Below, in pieces: positions 63,888-64,000 of a stretch of DNA of 64,000 nt. The notes beneath the pieces were generated by a model that was not told the DNA's origin, ran no database searches, and saw nothing but the letters and a program-made list of their open reading frames with translations. This stretch comes from Nemertoderma westbladi. Its lineage: Eukaryota > Animalia > Xenacoelomorpha. Numbering within the stretch: the stretch's first letter is position 1; every line of letters starts with the position of its first letter. The position numbers and the translations under genes are program-made. The stretch spans positions 1 through 64,000 of the forward strand of contig JAUCBJ010007614.1 in the NCBI GenBank assembly GCA_032718475.1, written 5' to 3'.

Positions 63888-64000
63888 TAAAACCCTATTA
63901 ATACCGGGCTATAAAATGCTGTAAAAATCCCGGGGGGGGGGGGGGGGGGTGTCATATTGACCCCTCCCTCTAAAATCTACAAATATTAACGAAAACGTCT
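63888..64000. mobile_element. Left end of a second copy of the 46199 DNA transposon family
   Basis: ACCCTATTAATACCGGGC..poly-G..TCATATTGACCC..CTCTAAAATCTACAAA..CGAAAACGTCT matches 46203-46311. Confidence 0.85.

Overview
AT-rich, transposon-dense animal (probably marine invertebrate) genomic DNA. One convincing host gene is present: an intronless Cys-loop ligand-gated ion channel of the GABA-A/glycine-receptor type (56156-57331). The rest is mostly repeats: a 6.4-kb 27/28-bp minisatellite (source of the spurious 2201-aa ORF), an 87-bp satellite, many RTE and L2/CR1 LINE fragments, Penelope remnants with minimal hammerhead motifs, a full-length GalEa-type Copia element with LTRs, PBS, PPT and TSD, tRNA-derived SINEs and several MITEs. 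The most unusual structure is 17402-32067. It holds two related BEL/Pao-type gag(-protease) units with ~3.4-kb leaders and no RT or integrase. Unit A (17402-25646) keeps an open 1519-aa Gag-protease ORF and is bounded by identical 337-bp terminal INVERTED repeats (TGT...ACA) instead of direct LTRs. Both leaders carry a duplicated, homogenised, covarying multi-stem structure. All comparisons were made by eye; no database searches were run.
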